Assembly (NCBI GenBank): GCA_937896265.1
Contig: CALBMD010000400.1
Location: 1 to 33,779 of the forward strand
Reading direction: 5' to 3'
From: an uncultured Pseudomonadota bacterium
GTDB taxonomy: Bacteria; Bdellovibrionota_B; Oligoflexia; Oligoflexales; Bog-1112
DNA length: 33,779 nucleotides
A program made the position numbers and the translations under genes. Position 1 is the first letter of the stretch. Every line of letters begins with the position of its first letter. Below, in pieces: positions 32,724 through 33,779 of the stretch. Below the pieces are notes generated by a model that worked only from the letters and a program-made list of their open reading frames with translations, searched no databases and was not told the origin of the DNA.

Positions 32724-33705
32724 ATGAAAACGACAAAATCACCGAGTAAATTTATACCCTTAAACACTTTAATAGCCATCCGAAACGATAACTACATAGG
32801 GAAGGGGGGAACGGAGTACGCAAGCGGGGAAGTAGATCAAGAGATAGCTGCACGCATGGACACCAAAATAAATGACATTGAATTACCTACCGAATCAGAT
32901 TCTTTACGCGTGTCTCATGTAGGTTTTGAATCAAAATCTACTAATTCAGTTTATACCGCGGTATTTAAATCAATCACTGACAAGCTTGAGCAAGGGATTG
33001 CGCCATGGTCTAAGCCGTGGCAAGGCGGCACTATGAGCGATGCATTTAATCCATTCACAGGCACAGTTTACAGTGGATCGAATCAAGGGCTATTATTTTG
33101 CGACCAAATCAGCAATCAAAGAACGTCATCGAAGTACGCAACATTCAAGCAATGGGCAGAAAAAAAGCGTTTCGTCAAAAAAGGCGAAAAAGGTATTCCA
33201 ATTGTTTACTGGAACAAAGGCGAAGATAAAAACGACGAAAATAAGTCTTTCATGTTTGTCAGGTATTATTCGGTATTCAATGAATCTCAACTATCCGATT
33301 ATGTAGCGCCTGAAATTCAACCCATTGAGTTCAATGGCATTGAATCAGCTCAGGCAATTATTAAACAATCTCCATTGAGTAGTTTAAGATTAGTGCACGA
33401 TAAGCAATCGGCGTTCTATGTACCTAGCCTTGATTATATCAATATGCCAAAACCTGAGACGTTTACGAGTGTTGACGCCTATTATTCAACACTATTTCAT
33501 GAGTATGGGCACTCTACTGGCCATGAATCACGCTTGAAACGCGATATGGGCGGCATGTTTGGCAATCACTCATATTCGCGCGAAGAACTAATTGCAGAAC
33601 TTACTAGCGCCATCCTATGCGCTAAGTCTGGAATCCAGAACCAAGTTGATCAATCGGCGGCCTATTGCAAATCATGGCTTAAAAAGTTCAATGATCACCC
33701 CAAAG
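32724..33705 (+). CDS. ardC: ArdC-like antirestriction protein (ssDNA-binding N-domain plus HExxH metallopeptidase domain), 3' end cut by adapter
   Basis: APWSKPW...NPFTGTVYSGSNQGLL...TFKQWAEKKRFVKKGEKG matches the ArdC-N/DUF1738 pattern. YYSTLFHEYGHSTGHESRLKRD...YSREELIAELTSAILC matches the C-terminal zincin domain. The track ORF continues to 33773, but only through adapter sequence. Confidence 0.8.
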
Positions 33706-33779
33706 AGATCGGAAGAGCACACGTTCTGAACTCCAGTCACATCACGTTATCTCGTATGCCGTCTTCTGCTTGAAAAAAA
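33706..33779. other. Illumina TruSeq adapter read-through (not biological sequence)
   Basis: AGATCGGAAGAGCACACGT(T)CTGAACTCCAGTCAC, then index ATCACG(TT), then ATCTCGTATGCCGTCTTCTGCTTG and a poly-A tail. Confidence 0.97.

Noticed and set aside
1-33779. Temperate lifestyle / prophage or another mobile element
   Set aside because: I recognised no integrase, excisionase, CI/Cro-type repressor, att-like flanking repeats or host genes. The missing part of the genome prevents a firm lifestyle call.

Overview
The window looks like most of one assembled contig of a tailed dsDNA phage. It is moderately AT-rich and uses strong GGAG-type Shine-Dalgarno (SD) ribosome-binding sites. A candidate lipoprotein/spanin pair suggests a Gram-negative host. 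Both contig ends are technical: the left end starts inside a 24-bp tandem repeat array, and the right end (33706-33779) is Illumina TruSeq adapter read-through.

Layout:
(a) 1-4149, + strand: early-type small genes. Ten consecutive junctions are ATGA stop/start overlaps. Many products are CxxC-rich. The arm ends with a YkgJ-type Cys-cluster protein and a DUF1064 nuclease-like protein.
(b) 4112-32191, - strand: one long late arm. Reading in the direction of transcription it runs terS, a 537-bp non-coding spacer, terL, portal, scaffold, major capsid, a ~5.5-kb accessory structural module, gp11-like adaptor, gp12-like nozzle, a GNAT-like protein at the T7 gp13 position, four internal-virion/ejection proteins, tail fibre, a Cys-rich Ser/Thr-rich distal protein, then a lysis cassette.
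(c) 32513-33705, + strand: an acidic small protein and an ArdC-like antirestriction protein, downstream of a 321-bp divergent control region.

I saw no RNA polymerase, DNA polymerase, primase/helicase, integrase, repressor, tRNA or CRISPR, so the genome is probably incomplete here.

Most interesting items:
- the accessory structural module with a tandem paralog pair;
- a lysis cassette with no recognisable endolysin (DUF5675 protein plus a His-cluster lipoprotein instead);
- terL as a sharp codon-usage island;
- the unusually long terS-terL spacer with helically phased repeats and a G4 motif;
- two SD-less, possibly leaderless genes;
- the acidic-protein/ArdC-like candidate anti-defence pair.

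All functional calls come from motif and synteny recognition by eye. No database search was run.
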